Positions 1-13,048 of a stretch of 64,000 bases of DNA are shown one piece after another. The DNA is taken from assembly GCF_964213995.1 (NCBI RefSeq), contig NC_135815.1, forward strand, positions 22,816,001-22,880,000, written 5' to 3'. Under the pieces are notes generated by a model, which was given only the letters and a program-made list of their open reading frames with translations, had not been told where the DNA came from and did not search any database. Source of the stretch: Mustelus asterias (taxonomy: Eukaryota). A program made the position numbers and the translations under genes. Each line of letters starts with the position of its first letter. Positions within the stretch are counted from its first letter, which is position 1.

Positions 1-69
1 TTATCATAAAACTAATCTGATTCAGTAATGCCCTTAAGGGAAGGTAATTTGACGTCCTTACCTAGTCCA

Positions 70-393
70 TATAGAATCATAGAAACCCTACAGTGCAGAA
101 GGAGGCCATTCAGCTCATCAAGTCTATACCGACAACAATCCCACCCAAGCCCTACCCCCTAATCCCACATATTTACCCCACTAATCCCTCTAACCTACGC
201 ACCCCAGACACTAAGGGGCAATTTAGCATGGCCAAAGCACCTAACCCGCAAATCTTTGGACTGTGAGAGGAAACCGGTGCACCCGGAGGAAACCTACGCA
301 GACATGGGGAGAATGTGCAAACTCCACACAGACAGTGAACCCGGGATCCTGGCACTGTGAGGCAGCAGTGCTAACCACTGTGCCACCATGCCA
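70..393 (-). mobile_element. HE1-like tRNA-derived V-SINE, CR1-type tail (type A)
   Basis: Reverse strand has a tRNA-like head (tggcacagtggttagcactgctgcctcacag), the central core (gtgtggagtttgcacattctcccc...gggtttc/tcctccgggtgc) and the tail ...ctgcactgtagggtttctatgattcta. Confidence 0.85.
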
Positions 394-394
394 C

Positions 395-991
395 ATGTAT
401 TAGCATATAGTGAAAAGTATTGTTTCTTGCACACTATACAGACAAAGCATACCGTTCATAGAGAAGGAAATGAGAGTTTAGAATTTAATGTTACAGTCAT
501 AGCTAGGGTGTAGAGAAAGATCAACTTAATGCAAGATAGGTCCATTCAAACATCTGGTGGCAGCAGGGAAGAAGCTGTTCTTGAGTCGGTTGGTACGTGA
601 CCTCAGACTTTTGCATCTTTTTCCCAACGAAGAAAGGTGGAAGAGAGATTGACTGGGGTGCGTGGGGTCCTTAATTATGCCGGCTGCTTTGCCAAGGCAG
701 TGGGAAGTGTAGACAGAGTCAATGGATGGGAGGCTGGTTTGCGTGATGGATTGAGCTGCATTCACGAGCTTTTGTAGTTTCTTTCGGTCTTGGGCACAGC
801 AAGAGCCATACCAAGCTGTGATACAACCAGAAAGAATGCTTTCTATGGTGCATCTGTAAAGGTTGGTGAGAGTCATAGCTGACATGCCAAATTTCTTTAA
901 TCTGCTGAGAAGATAGAGGCATTGGTGGGCTTTCTTAACTATAGTGTCAGCATGGAGGGACCAGGACAGGTTGTTAGTGATCTGGACATCT
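395..991 (-). mobile_element. Rex1/Babar-type LINE, 3' fragment
   Basis: ORF 526-1032 encodes the typical post-RT region (KKAHQCLYLLSRLKKF...YRCTIESILSGCITAWYG...IIKDPTHP...RTNRLKNSFFP). The same 3' UTR recurs at 25432-25712 and 46180-46655. Confidence 0.75.
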
Positions 992-1200
992 AAATATGAT
1001 CCTCCCACAGTAAAGAAAGGATAGAAATGCAATGAATTATATCATTGGAGAGGTAGGTGTAGGAGGTGGGGCAGAATAGTACAGAAATAGGTCAAAGCAA
1101 AAGAGCGATTGACAAAGATGTCAAGGACATGAGACAAAGGGGCTGTTAATGGTGCCATTAAGGACTGAAGGGTCTTAATAGCAGCAAAGGTAAGAGAGCA

Positions 1201-1723
1201 AAGGATATTATTAAACTAGAAAGAGTGCAGAAAAGATTTACTGGGATGCTACCAGGGCTTGATGGTTTGAGTTATAAGGAGATGCTGGATAGACTGGGAC
1301 TTTTTTCTCTGAAGCATAGGAGGCTGAGGGGTGGTCTTTTAGAGGTCTATAAAATAATGAGGGGCACAGATCAGCTAGATAGTCAATATCTTTTCCCAAA
1401 GGTAGGGGAGTCTAAAACTGGAGGACAAAGGTTTAAAGTGAGAGGGAAGAGATACAAAAGTGTCCAGAGGGCAATTTTTTCACACAGAGGGTGGGGAGTG
1501 TCTGGAACAAGCTGCCAGAGGCAGTAGCAGAGGCGGGTACAATTTTGTCTTTTAAAAAGCATTTAGATAGTTACATGGGTACGATGGGTATAGAGGGATA
1601 TGGGCCAAATGCGGGCAATTGGGATTAGCTTAGGGGTTTAAAAAAAGGGTGGCATGGACAAGTTGGGCCGAAGGGCCTGTTTCCATGCTGTAAACCTCTA
1701 TGACTCTATGACTCTTTGACTCT
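1201..1723 (+). mobile_element. CR1 LINE, 3' fragment
   Basis: Encodes VQKRFTGMLPGL..LSYKE.L.RLGLFSL..RRLRG.L.EVYKIM and ends gggccgaagggcctgtttcc...(tatgactc)n. Confidence 0.85.
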
Positions 1724-3875
1724 AAATGTGTTAATAAGAGAACTAAGGTCAGTGCTCAGTGGAAGCAAAGCTGAACAACAAGAGACAAGTGGCCATGTGG
1801 GGGTGGGGTAGGGGTGTGTTGGGTCAAGCCAAGGGAACAGAGGAATGAAAATCAAATTGAGGAGAGGCAAACTAGAAGAGGAAATCTTTTAGTTGTTTGA
1901 GTTACCATGGCCTTCCAGTCCTTTTGAGCTTGAAGAGGGAGCTCACGCATGATGATGATTGGGAAAGACCAACTCTTCAGTAACCTGACTGCAGAAGCTG
2001 AAGTCACAGCGCTTAATTCTGAAGTTTATTCATAAATGGTTAAGTATGGTTCTAAATTATTTCGCTATTTGAGTCCAAATAGTAAGTAAGTAACTAAGTT
2101 ACGGTTATAAACTTACATTTTAAATGATTGGACTCATTATGAAGGGGAGAGACGAAATTGACCCCTATAAATGCATACTGTGGTGAAAGGCGCTGAGGTA
2201 AATGCCGTGATTAAGGTTGTGAATTTAATTCTCCTTTCCTTTTATTACTGACATTGTGACACATTTATACTGTCGTTGCCATTCCAAGATGGTGTGCCAA
2301 GTCTGACAGTGTTTGACCTGGAGGAATATTGATTTTGTGATGAGAAGAATATGGATTTTTTAACATAAATCCTGAAGATATCTTGATTCAAATTAAATTT
2401 GTAGGTATATTGGACACATGATGTATGTCCCTGTGTTATATTGGGGTAGATCTTGAATTTGTCCAATGGTGTAAAATAGCAAGCTCACCTTCCTTTTTAT
2501 ATTTCTCCCGATTAAAGTTAACTATCGTTTATCTAGCTAGTTTCTATTTCTAGTTTTATTTTATTTCTTAGTAAAGCTGGTCTGAAGGAGCCTGAGATAA
2601 AATGTCTGTAAATATCTTTCTGTCCATCGGTCAGAGAGGACAAGGATAATTGGGTTACGACTGACCAGTGGCAGTGGATCACTAGTCAGCCGTAACCCAG
2701 AATAACCCCCTTGGAAAATGGCACGGGGGGGGCAATAATGCACCTGCATTCGGCAAGAGAATAGAAAAAACAGACTTTCAATGGTGAGAACTCATTTTCC
2801 GATTTTTGTTTCCCCTGTCTATCCGCCGGTGATGTAACGAAGGTGGGAACCTTATTTAAATGCATTTAAATAAATTTAAATGTAGTTAAAGGGCTTCCCC
2901 GCCATCTGTTTCCCCCCCGCCACTCCTCAGTAAAGAACTGCCCCTTCGCCAATGAGGTTTACAACAGATATTGAAAAACAGGAAGCAGTTGACGGACGGC
3001 GTTGGGGGGGTTGCCCCAGTGCTTATGTGTGTGGGGTGTTTCCCCGGTGTTTGTGTAGGGAGGGAGATTGCCCCAGTGCTTGTGTGAGAGGTGGGGAGCG
3101 ATGGGGTTCGCCCAGTTGCTTGTGGAAGAGGTGGCCCCCCTATGTGGGGGATAGTGTTGTTTTATCACAGATCACGACACCCTTTCAAAATGGCTGCCCT
3201 GAACTCTATGGTGCCAGCTCTATCAGGAGCCCGTCCCACCAGCATGACGGCAGAAACCACGCCCCCAGATTTTCTGTGCTCAGAGTGCCAGTAATTCTGG
3301 CAAGAAACCTCGGCTGTGCATCTCAAGAGCTCCACGCCGGTTTTCCTGCCCCAAAACTCTGATTCTAACTTCCGCCCACAAATAAGTCCCAACAGGCCAC
3401 TACCGCTTCTGTCATGGTTTGTAAGAAGTCAAACCCCGGCCTGCCTCTTATAAGGTCAACCTCATCAAGCAGAGCCAGAAATGGGGGACCCCCTATTATA
3501 CTGACAGGTCCTGCTAGCCTGAATCATATCCAGTGGCAGATATGTCGAATAACTTACAGGCCATTCTGCCCAATCAATCCATGCTGGTACCAATGCTCCA
3601 CTCAAGCCTATCCCATCTAATCTCATCTAAAACTATCATTGGAACCCTTCTCCCTCATAGGCTTGGACAGATTTCCCTTCAGTACATCTTTGTTTAACCA
3701 GTCCCCTCTGTTATTAATTAATTAAAATTGGGAGTAATGAACAATGACTTCACATTGTTACCATTCTTTGGGTGAAGGTGTTTCGTCTGAATTCCCAATT
3801 GGAATTCTTGGTGACTATCTTGCCCTGATGGCCTCTGGTTTCACTCTTCCCCACAAGAGGAAACATTCCCCCTGG

Positions 3876-4198
3876 GGTGGCATGGTGGCACAGTGGTTAG
3901 CATTGCTGCCTCACAGCGTTAGGGATCCGGGTATAATTCCAGCCTTGGGTGACTGCATGTGTGGAGTTTGTACATTCGCCCCGTGTCTGCATGGATTTCC
4001 TCTGGGTGCACCGGTTTCCTCCCACAGTCCAAAGATGTGCGGGTTAGGTGTATTGGCAAGGCTAATTTGCCCCTTAGTGTCAGGGGGACTAGCTGGGTTA
4101 AATGCATGGGGTCATGGGGTTAGGGCCTGGGTAGGATTGTGGTTGGTGCAGACTCAACGGGCTGGATGGCCTCTTTCTTCACTGTAGGGATTCTATGA
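3876..4198 (+). mobile_element. HE1-like V-SINE, type A tail
   Basis: tRNA-like head, core and ...actgtagggattctatga tail. Confidence 0.85.
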
Positions 4199-4387
4199 CA
4201 CTCTAGTAACACTCAGGCAAAGACATTTTTCAAATTGGCCTCCTTGTCCATGAGACCAAATACATCTGATAGAGGTTTGGGTGGGACAGGGGGGAACTGA
4301 GCAACCTTCTCCCTTAAAGGCTGGTGAGTGCTGTGATTTCGGGACATGTGAGGCAAACGAGAGGTGGACATGAACCCATTGCAGCAC

Positions 4388-4725
4388 TTAGAATCATTGA
4401 ATCCTACAGTGCAGAAGGAAGCCATTTGGCCCATCGATTCTGGACCGACCACAATCTCACCAAGGCTCAATCCCCATAACCTCATAACCCCATACATTTA
4501 CCCTAGCTAGTCCCCCTGACACTAAGGAGCAATTTAGCATGGCCAATCCACCTAACCTGCACATCTTTGGAGTGTGGGAGGAAACCGGAGCACCCGGAGG
4601 AAACCCACACAGACACGTGGAGAATGCGCAGACTCCACACTGGACAGTGACCCAAGCCGGGAATCGAACTCGTGTCCCTGACGCTGTGAGGCAGCAGTGC
4701 TAACCACTGTGCCACCGTGCCGCCC
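4388..4725 (-). mobile_element. HE1-like V-SINE, type A tail
   Basis: Full-length reverse copy, tail-to-tail with 3876-4198. Confidence 0.85.
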
Positions 4726-5297
4726 TTGCACTTTGTCAGTCAGCACTGGAGATTATTGATGGCTGTCACACTGGCTGGCATTGGCTCCCACACAATTTTA
4801 TGGCCCTTTTGTTTCCAGGACAATTATCTTCAGTAAACAGGTTATTGTACATTTGGGCGCAGAGATCACCCAGAAGGTTTTTCAATATTTCAATTCATTG
4901 GAACTGTGGCCTTGTTTTTAATGCAGTTCTTTACACTGGGCACAAGAAAGAGAGAGCTTGGAGAAGAGCCAAGTTGAAACAATTGATGGCAGCTTAAGTT
5001 GAATCAAATCTCATCTGAAGACCAGAATAGGCTGTTCAACTTTTAAGTCTAAGTAAATTGCTGGAAGCAAACAGCAGCATTATATCATGAGTATAACATG
5101 AAGGTTAGAATTAGCACAGAGAAAATCAGAACGTGCTACAAATACTCATTATATCTTCAAAAAAAAGTCATATTCTTTAAACTTCTGCAGTTTGTTTCTC
5201 TCTCCACTGATGCTGCCAATCCTGCTGAATATTTCCATCACTTTCTGTTTTTCTTTCCGATTTCCAGCATCAGCGGTAGTTAGCTTTTATCTTAGAG

Positions 5298-5568
5298 TTA
5301 AAGTTTATTTATTAGTGTCACAAGTAGGCTTACATTAACACTGCAATGAAGTTACTGTAGTAGCCACATTCCGGCGCCTGTTCGGGTAAACTGAGGGAGA
5401 ATTTAGCACGGCCAACGTACCTAAACAGCACGTCTTTCGGACTGTGGGTAGAAACCGGAGCACCCACACAGACACGGGGAAAACGTGCAGACTCCACACA
5501 GACTGTGACCCAAACTGGGAATCGAACCCTGGCGTTGTGAGGCAACAGTGCTAACCACCGTGCCACCC
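5298..5568 (-). mobile_element. HE1-like V-SINE, alternative tail (type B)
   Basis: Same head and core, but the tail is ...cccgaacaggcgccgg...acagtaacttcattgcagtgttaatgtaagcctacttgtgacactaataaataaac. Confidence 0.8.
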
Positions 5569-6781
5569 AGCTAGCAAACCAGCAGCAAAGAGTAAGTTTT
5601 GCCTCTTTAGAAGTGCTTTAGAAGAAGGTTGCAGGCCCAGCGGCGCATCAGGAGTTCAGGGAAGAAAGGGGATACCACAAGCACAAAGAGGAGGAAATGC
5701 GAGCACCTGGCAGGCGCTATACAAATTCTACACAGAACAAAAAACGGAAAGCCGCATTGGCAGGCATTGAATTGGTGCAAAACTGTCCATCAGCAGCACA
5801 TCCAACTGGTCGTGTTGGAGTTTCACAAGTGCAGGGAATTGAGGAGCAGGTGGGAAGCATTTGGCCCACGCTCATCAATTTGCAGGCAATTCATTGAGCC
5901 AAACAATTAGCCTGCACACTGTGTGAACTCTGGCTGGAACAGCCAAGAGTAACACACAGGGATGGTGCGAGGGGAAGCTGAATGTTACAGATACGATAAT
6001 GTGAGACTCTAACCATCAAGGTGCTGCCCAACCAGAGAAAGTATATGAGAATGGTCAATGTGTTTTGCCCTTGGACAGGATTTCAACTCATCAGAGAGGG
6101 CGGGACTGGGTATGGACAGCCGCGTGAACCAGCATCTTGAATGGTGCGACAGGAGTCAGAAGTGACAAGGTATCCGTACTGTGTAACTAGCCAATTAAAC
6201 ATATCGGTGATAAAAGCAAAATACTGCGGATGCTGGAATCTGAAACACAAACAGAAAATCTCAGCAGGTCTGACAGCCCCTGGGGAGAGAGAATATCAGT
6301 GAGCTTGTTATCAGGTCTGGGTTTGATGCACTGTCATAATCAAGGGATGGAAGAGGAAGTGGAGACACAACAGTAAGTGACAGAGGCAAGATACAGTGTG
6401 GAAGGACGATGGCTGAGGGATGGTCCTCATTCACAGACACTGTTCTTCATGAGAAGAAATATTTGTCATGCCTGCACCTTTAACAAGGGCTTAAAGGAGA
6501 GGGGTTGAGATTGCGGCGGGTATTAATGTGGGGTTCAGGCAGATTCGACACTCCAATGCCAAAGAAGGAAGGGCAAAATTAGAAATGTCATGAAGTTTCC
6601 TCTGAGCTTGGTCCAATCAATGATGAGGAGCAACATCTGCCAGAGCAGTTGCAGACCCCTAGGCAAATGGGATGAAGGGGTGAGCAAGGAGGAGCAGAAT
6701 GGCCCGAGGGTCCCGACCTAACACGAGCTTCACCAGTGCCCTCCATCCCTCATTTTCCATTCTCTGCAATTTCATCAAAAT

Positions 6782-7063
6782 GGGGCGGCAAGGTGACACC
6801 GTGGTTAGCACTGCTGCCTCAGAGCGCCAGGGACCCGGGTTTGATTCCTGGCTTGGGTCACTGTCTGTGTGGAGTTTGCATGTTCTCCCCGTGTCTGTGT
6901 GGGTTTCCTCCGGGTGCTCCGGTTTTGTCCCACAGTCTGAAAGACGTGTTGGTTAGGTGCATTGACCCGAACAGGCGCCAGACTGTGGCGACTAGGGGAA
7001 TTTCACGGTAACTTAATTGCAGTGTTAATGTAAGCTTTAATTGTGACTAATAAATAAACTTTA
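6782..7063 (+). mobile_element. HE1-like V-SINE, type B tail
   Basis: Head, core and B tail ending tgtgactaataaataaac. Confidence 0.8.
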
Positions 7064-7786
7064 AAATGACATAGACAGAAGTCAGCCTTCGTGCAACAAT
7101 TTTCCCAGCACTGTTTCTGATTATTTCACTATTATTTACATCATAAACACTCAAGTCATCCAGAAAAAGTGATGGCCCAGGTTGACAGCCACTCCTATGA
7201 GGTGCTCCCCCTGTGGATGAGGAGAAGGTGGATGTGGACTACTCATGAGTGCCTTTTGGGAGGGGCGGGGGAGTGACAAGGGTGGCTATCTGCCTTGGCA
7301 CAGGGGTGCTGAGGTGGTGGGGGGAGGTGTCTGGGGAATCGCCAATAGCTGGTGTCCCAGCAACACTACATGGGAAGCCTTTGTCACAGACATTAGTCCA
7401 TAGATGCTTCATCTATTGGAGGAGCCGTGGGGAAGGACGATGAGGATGGAGCCTCATGAGGAGTGGTCCCCTTATCACCGTGTGTCTCCTCCTCAGCCCT
7501 TCTCATGGTGCCTTTGAGAACAAGAGAGAACCACCAGCTCACACCTGCTCCATCCTTCATTACACCATTGGCACTGCTGACTGGTCAATGTTGCTGAGTC
7601 CGGAATGCATGCTGTACATGTCAGTGCAACCATTCCTCCATCTACTCTGAGTGATGCCACATTTGGCGCGACAAGAGTTTGGTCACTCTCTCAATGAAGG
7701 AGCTCACACAGCCAAAGAGGATGGTCAGTGTGGAGCACATAACGTGAATGGACTCCGCTATTCACCACAGAGCCTCAGGTAATTTC

Positions 7787-8090
7787 ACAGTGCCACAGTG
7801 GTTAGCACTGCTGCCCCACAGCGCCAGGGACCCAGGTTCGATTTCTGGCTCGGGTCACTGTCTGTGTGAAGTCTGCACGTTCTCCTCGTGTCTGCGTGGG
7901 TTTCCTCCGGGTGCTCCGGTTTCTTCCCACAGTCTGAAAGACGTGCTGGTTAGGTGCATTAGCCATGCTAAATTCCCCCTCAGTGTACCCGAACAGGCGC
8001 CGGAGTGTGGCAACTGGGCAATTTTCACAGTAACTTCATTGCAGTGTTAATGTAAGCCTACTTGTGACACTAATAAATAAATAAATAATA
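7787..8090 (+). mobile_element. HE1-like V-SINE, type B tail
   Basis: Head, core and B tail ending tgtgacactaataaataaataaataa. Confidence 0.8.
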
Positions 8091-9179
8091 ACATTTCACG
8101 ATCTGGGCACGCACACTGTTTCTCTGGGTGGAGCAGTTTTGTGACTCCTGGGGCACTGCATCCCTATCCTGCTGTACAGAGCTGTATCTTTGCTATATCC
8201 TCCCAGGGGCACTGGCCACAGCTGACTCTGCCTCTCCCAAATCCTCCACCTCTGGAGTGACATGTGCTTCGCTCTGTGCCACTGTCTCTAATAAAGTGCA
8301 AGTGGCAGGAAAGCTGAGGTGGTTTTGGATAAGCTGCATTTGTATTGTTAAATACTAGAAAGAAGGTATGGATTTAAGTGGGTTTAATTTAGTGTTTCTA
8401 TGCTAGCAGAGTAAAACTCTAGTTAGTTTCATGTTAAGCAAAGGTGTCTATATGTATGGGGGCTTTGGTTTTAATTCAAACTGTGTGTCTATCGTGCTTA
8501 GAGAGGTTTTGACATGAAAAGTAAATAAGGTTGGAGAAGGAAAGAGATGTTGTTTTGCAAACCAGAGGCACCTTTAGGATAGGAAGACTTTTTTGATTGT
8601 GTTAAATCATAGCAGCTAGTGACAGGAAGCTGGGAGGTGAGCAGCTATCAGCTTTGCTCAAAGAAAAGCCATACAATGGAGTAACGGTTAAGAAAGCTGG
8701 TGCCAAGAAATCTAAAGAACAGCTAGTTAAAGCAACTTCAGAAACAAAGAGATGATTCCAGGAAATCTAAAGTGAAAAGAACAGAGGAAATTGGAAACTA
8801 GAAAAGGGTACTCTTCATTTAAGCCACAGGCAGAACTGAAAAGGAGCTAGTTAGTGAAAAGTTAGAAGGATATCGAAAGTGATTCTAAGGTTTGCGAAAT
8901 CTTACTACAGCTTGTGAGACATTAGGTGAAATAATTGTGGAGCAACCGGCGGCTGGACTTTGGAGTTTGTGTCGAAGCATTCAAGACAAAAGGAATCCTG
9001 AAAGGTCAGTTGGAAAACCTGGAAATGAATTCTTGGTGAAAACAGCTGATCATAGAATAGGAGCATCGTTACCAGCATGGATTAGTTGGGCTGAATGGCC
9101 TGTAAATTATTCAACATATCTGCAACTGGAAATGATTCAGGCTAGCAGGACCTGTCGGGTTCAATGAAAAAAACAGGAG

Positions 9180-10932
9180 GACATTACACGAGGAACACCT
9201 GGCATTCCTAAAAATGAAGTGTCAACCAGTGAAGCTACAACACAAGACTACTTGTGTGCCAAGCAACATAAGCTGCAAGTAATAGAGAGAGAGACAAGCA
9301 ATTCCACAACCAATGGTTCAGACGTGAGCTCTTCAGTCCTGCCACATCCAGTCGTCAGTGGCGGCGGACATTTAAACAACTCCACGGATGAGGAGGAAGC
9401 TCCACCAATATCCCCACCCTCAATGATGGAGGAGCCCAGCACATCAGTGCAAACAATAAGGCTGAAGTATTTACACCAATCTTCAGCCAGAAATGCTGAC
9501 TAGATGATACACCTCGGTCTCCTCCAGAGATCCCTGAGTTCACAGATGTCAGTCTTCAGCCAATTCTAATCACTCCACATGATATCAAGAAATAGTCGAA
9601 GGCACCGGATACTGCAAAGTCTATGGGCCCTGGCAATATTTCAGCAACAGTACTGAACACTTGTGCTCCAGAACTTCTCACACCTCAAGTCAAACTGTCC
9701 CAGTATAGCTACAACACTGGCATCTACCCGGCATTGTGGAAAATTGCCCAGGTATGTCCTGTACACAAAAAGCAGGACAAATTCAGCCCAGCCAATCAAG
9801 GCCCCATCAGTCTGCTCTCGATCATCAGTAAAGTGATGGAAGCGGGTCATCAATAACCTGCTCACTGATGCTCAGTTTGGGTTCAGTCAGGATCATTCAA
9901 CTCCTGACCTCATTACAGCCTTGGTTCAAATATTGACAAAAGAGCTGCATTCCAGGGGTGAGATGAAAGTGACTGCACTTGGCATCAGGGCAGCATTTGA
10001 CCGAGTGTGGCATCGAGGAGTCCTAGCAATGCTGGAGTCAATGGTATTCAGGGGGAAAACCCTCTGCTGGTTGGAATCATACCAGGTACAAAGGAAGGAT
10101 ACTGAAGCAGTCCATGTCCAAGTGCAGCAAGATCTAGATAATATCCAAGCTTGAACTGAGAAGTGACAAGCAACATTTGTGCCACGCAAGTGCCGGGCAA
10201 TCACCATCTCCAAGAAAATAGAGTGAAACCACCGCACCTTGACATTCAATTGCATTATCATCGCTGAGTTCCCCACTATCAACATCCTGGGGCTGCTATT
10301 GACCATAAAATGAACTTGACTAGCCATATGAATACTGTGGCTACAAGACCACGTCAAAGGCTAGGAATCCTCAGGCGATTAACTCACCTCCTGACTCCCC
10401 AAAGCTTGGCCAAGGCACAAGTCAGGAGTGTGATGGAATACTCGCCACTTGCTTGGATGAGTGCAGCTCCAACAACACTCAACCTGAACCCCATCCAGGG
10501 CAAAAGAGCCCGCTTGGTTGCTACCCCTTCCACAAACATTCTCTCCCTCCACCACCAATGAACAGTGGCAGCAGTGTGTACTATCTACAAAATACACTCT
10601 AGTAACTCATCAACCCTCCTTAAATAGCACCTTCCAAACCCATGACTGCTACTATCTGGAAGGGCTGCAGATACACGGGAACACCACAACCTAGAAATTC
10701 CTCTCCAACTCACATACCATCCTGACTTGGAACTATATCACCGTACCTTCAGTGGCGCTGGGTCAAAATCCTGGAACTTCCTCCTTAACAGCATTGTGGG
10801 TGTACCATACCAAATAGACTGGAATTGCTCAAGAAGGCAGCTCACCACCACCCTTCTCCATGGTAATTAGGGATGGGCAATAAATTATGGCCTTGCCAGC
10901 AACACCCTTATCCTATAAATGAATTAAAAAAA
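9180..10932 (+). mobile_element. Degraded CR1/L2-group LINE (ORF2 RT remnant plus 3' tail)
   Basis: Fragments GPGNI..TVL.TCAPEL...WKIAQVCPVHKKQDK..PAN..PISLLSIISKVME, AAFDRVWH.G and KAQVRSVMEYSPLAW, then the tail gggatgggcaataaat...gaattaaaaaaa. Frameshifted. Confidence 0.75.
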
Positions 10933-11821
10933 ATATTTGATGTTAGCACAAGGAGTAAATTGCAAGAAGAAGATTCAAACACGGAGGAAGCGAGGTGACA
11001 TGGTGGGCGTAGGTTAGCTTCCAGGACGAGTGTATGTAAAGTAGTGCATAGTAAAAACCCACATATTGGCTGTAGGATCGAATTCATAAAGCCAGTGGCT
11101 TCTTAGAGGCAGAGAAATGAGAGAGCAGAACTACCATAAGGAACAGAAGCCACAAGATGATGCCGGATGCTCAATCGAACCAGCACTGATATCCATCTAA
11201 TTCTAACCCGATCCCCTTGACATTGAAATTCCGAAAGAACTGTGAGACCTGGATGGGGAGATAATGAAATATTCACAGGATAATCTGTAATGAAGATCAA
11301 TGCAATCATTCATGCTGAGCCGAGTTGACAAAATGTAACGTCTGCCAGGCCTCAGGACAAGCACCATCAGGCAGATCACCGTTCAATAGTATATTAAAAA
11401 CAAGCTGATAAACCGTCTCACTCATAACCAGGTCACAAATAGCTGTTGCCCAATAATGGTGGGAAGTATTGAGAAACAGTCAATTATCATTCCCTGATCA
11501 TTTTTGTTTTATTCCAGTAAGCAAGTGGCCCCATATGCTGAGCAAATGTCCCTGTCTTCAACTGCGCAAGAAAACCCCACCCCCCGACCACCTCCACCAT
11601 GGTGCTAATAACTGGAGAGGCAACTCTCCCCAAAAAGACCAGAAAAGGATTAACCGCTAAAGCTGGTGGAAGGCTGATGGGTAGATACTAAGTGGGTGAT
11701 CATACCGGCTGTTCGCTGCAGCGAAGTCGGAGAATTTGGCGCCCAGCCAAATGTCTGTCGGGATGGGAAAATCCCACCAGTGTGAACGGTGATAAGATTC
11801 CGGCCTAAGTCAAAAAAGAAA

Positions 11822-12090
11822 GAAAGTTTATTTATTAGTCACACGTAAGACTTACATAAACACTGCAGTGAAGTTACTGTGAAATTCTTCTCGTCGCCAC
11901 AGTCCGGCACCTGTTCGGGTCAATGCACCCTAACCAGCACGTCTTTCAGACTGTGGGAGGAAACCGGAGCACCCGGAGGAAACCCACGCAGACACGGGGA
12001 GAATGTGTAAACTCCGCACAGGCAGTGACCCGAGCTGGGAATTGAACCCGGGTTCCTGGCGCTGTGAGGCAGCAGTGCTAACCACTGTGC
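11822..12090 (-). mobile_element. HE1-like V-SINE, type B tail
   Basis: Reverse copy with B tail. Confidence 0.8.
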
Positions 12091-12207
12091 AGCAGGCAGA
12101 TGAATATCTTAGGGAGATTTTGCTCCTACAACTGTGGTCGGAACATCATCCGAGCAAAATGAGCAGCAAAGGAATATAGCAAACAAAACTGAAAGCACAA
12201 GCTCCTG

Positions 12208-12580
12208 AATTTTTTTTATTTGTGGGATATGGGCGTCATTGGCTGGGCCAACATTTATTGCCAATCCCTGATTGTCCATGAACCGAGTGGCTTGCTCGGT
12301 CACTTCACAGGGCATTTAAGAGTGAGACACAAGGCTGTGGCTCTTGAGTCACACGTAGGCCAGACCAGGTGGCAGATTTCCTTCTGTAAAGAACATTGGT
12401 AAACCAGATGGGTTTTTATGACAATCGATGGATGATAGTTTCATGCACACCATTAAAATTTTAATTGAGTTCAAATTTCACCATCTGTCATGTTGAGATT
12501 CGAAAGCGGATTGCCAGAGCGTTACCCTGACTCTCTGGATTGCTCATCAAGTGAAAGTACTAGTGCACCACCACCTCCCT
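12208..12580 (-). mobile_element. Second SINE family (tRNA-like head; tail resembles the 9180-10932 LINE)
   Basis: Reverse strand has gaaggaaatctgcc...acctggtctggcctacgtgtgactc and ends gggattggcaataaatgttggcccagccaatgacgcccatatccca...A-rich. Similar to 32020-32370 and 1-70. Confidence 0.6.
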
Positions 12581-12721
12581 ACGTCGGAAGCAATGACCCT
12601 TTCCTCCCCATTCCCCACCCCAACAACCCTATCCGATGCAAGGTTTACCAATATCACCCGGTGTGTTGTAAGTCATAAGACTTCATAAACCAACTCAAAA
12701 CTTCCCTCCTTATTGAAAACA

Positions 12722-13048
12722 CATAGAATCATTGAATCCCTACAGTGCAGAAGGAGGCCATTCAGCCCATCGAGTCTGCACTGACCATAATCCCACCCAG
12801 GCCCATCCCCATAACCCCGTGCATTTGCCCTAGCTTGTACTCCTGACACTAAGGGGCAATTTAGCATGGCCAATCCACCTAACCCGTATATCTTTGGACT
12901 GTGGGAGGAAACCAGAGCACCCGGAGGAAACCCACGCAGACACAGGGAGAACGTGCAAACTCCACACAGACAGTGACCCAAGCCGGGAATCGATCCTGGG
13001 TCCCTGGCGCTGTGAGGCAGCAGTGCTAACCACTGTGCCACATGGCAG
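12722..13048 (-). mobile_element. HE1-like V-SINE, type A tail
   Basis: Full-length reverse copy. Confidence 0.85.

Noticed and set aside
173-355. Recurrent short ORFs such as MAQWLALLPHSARDPG and CGRKPEHPEETHADTG
   Set aside because: Translations of SINE copies.
3876-3950. tRNA-like sequences (many copies)
   Set aside because: They are SINE heads continuous with the SINE core, not complete tRNA genes.
8340-9060. Possible solo LTR or ERV fragment
   Set aside because: No paired LTR, TSD or coding motif that I could verify.
9219-9503. 94-aa Ser/Pro-rich ORF as a possible host exon
   Set aside because: It is the frameshifted linker region of the LINE at 9180-10932.
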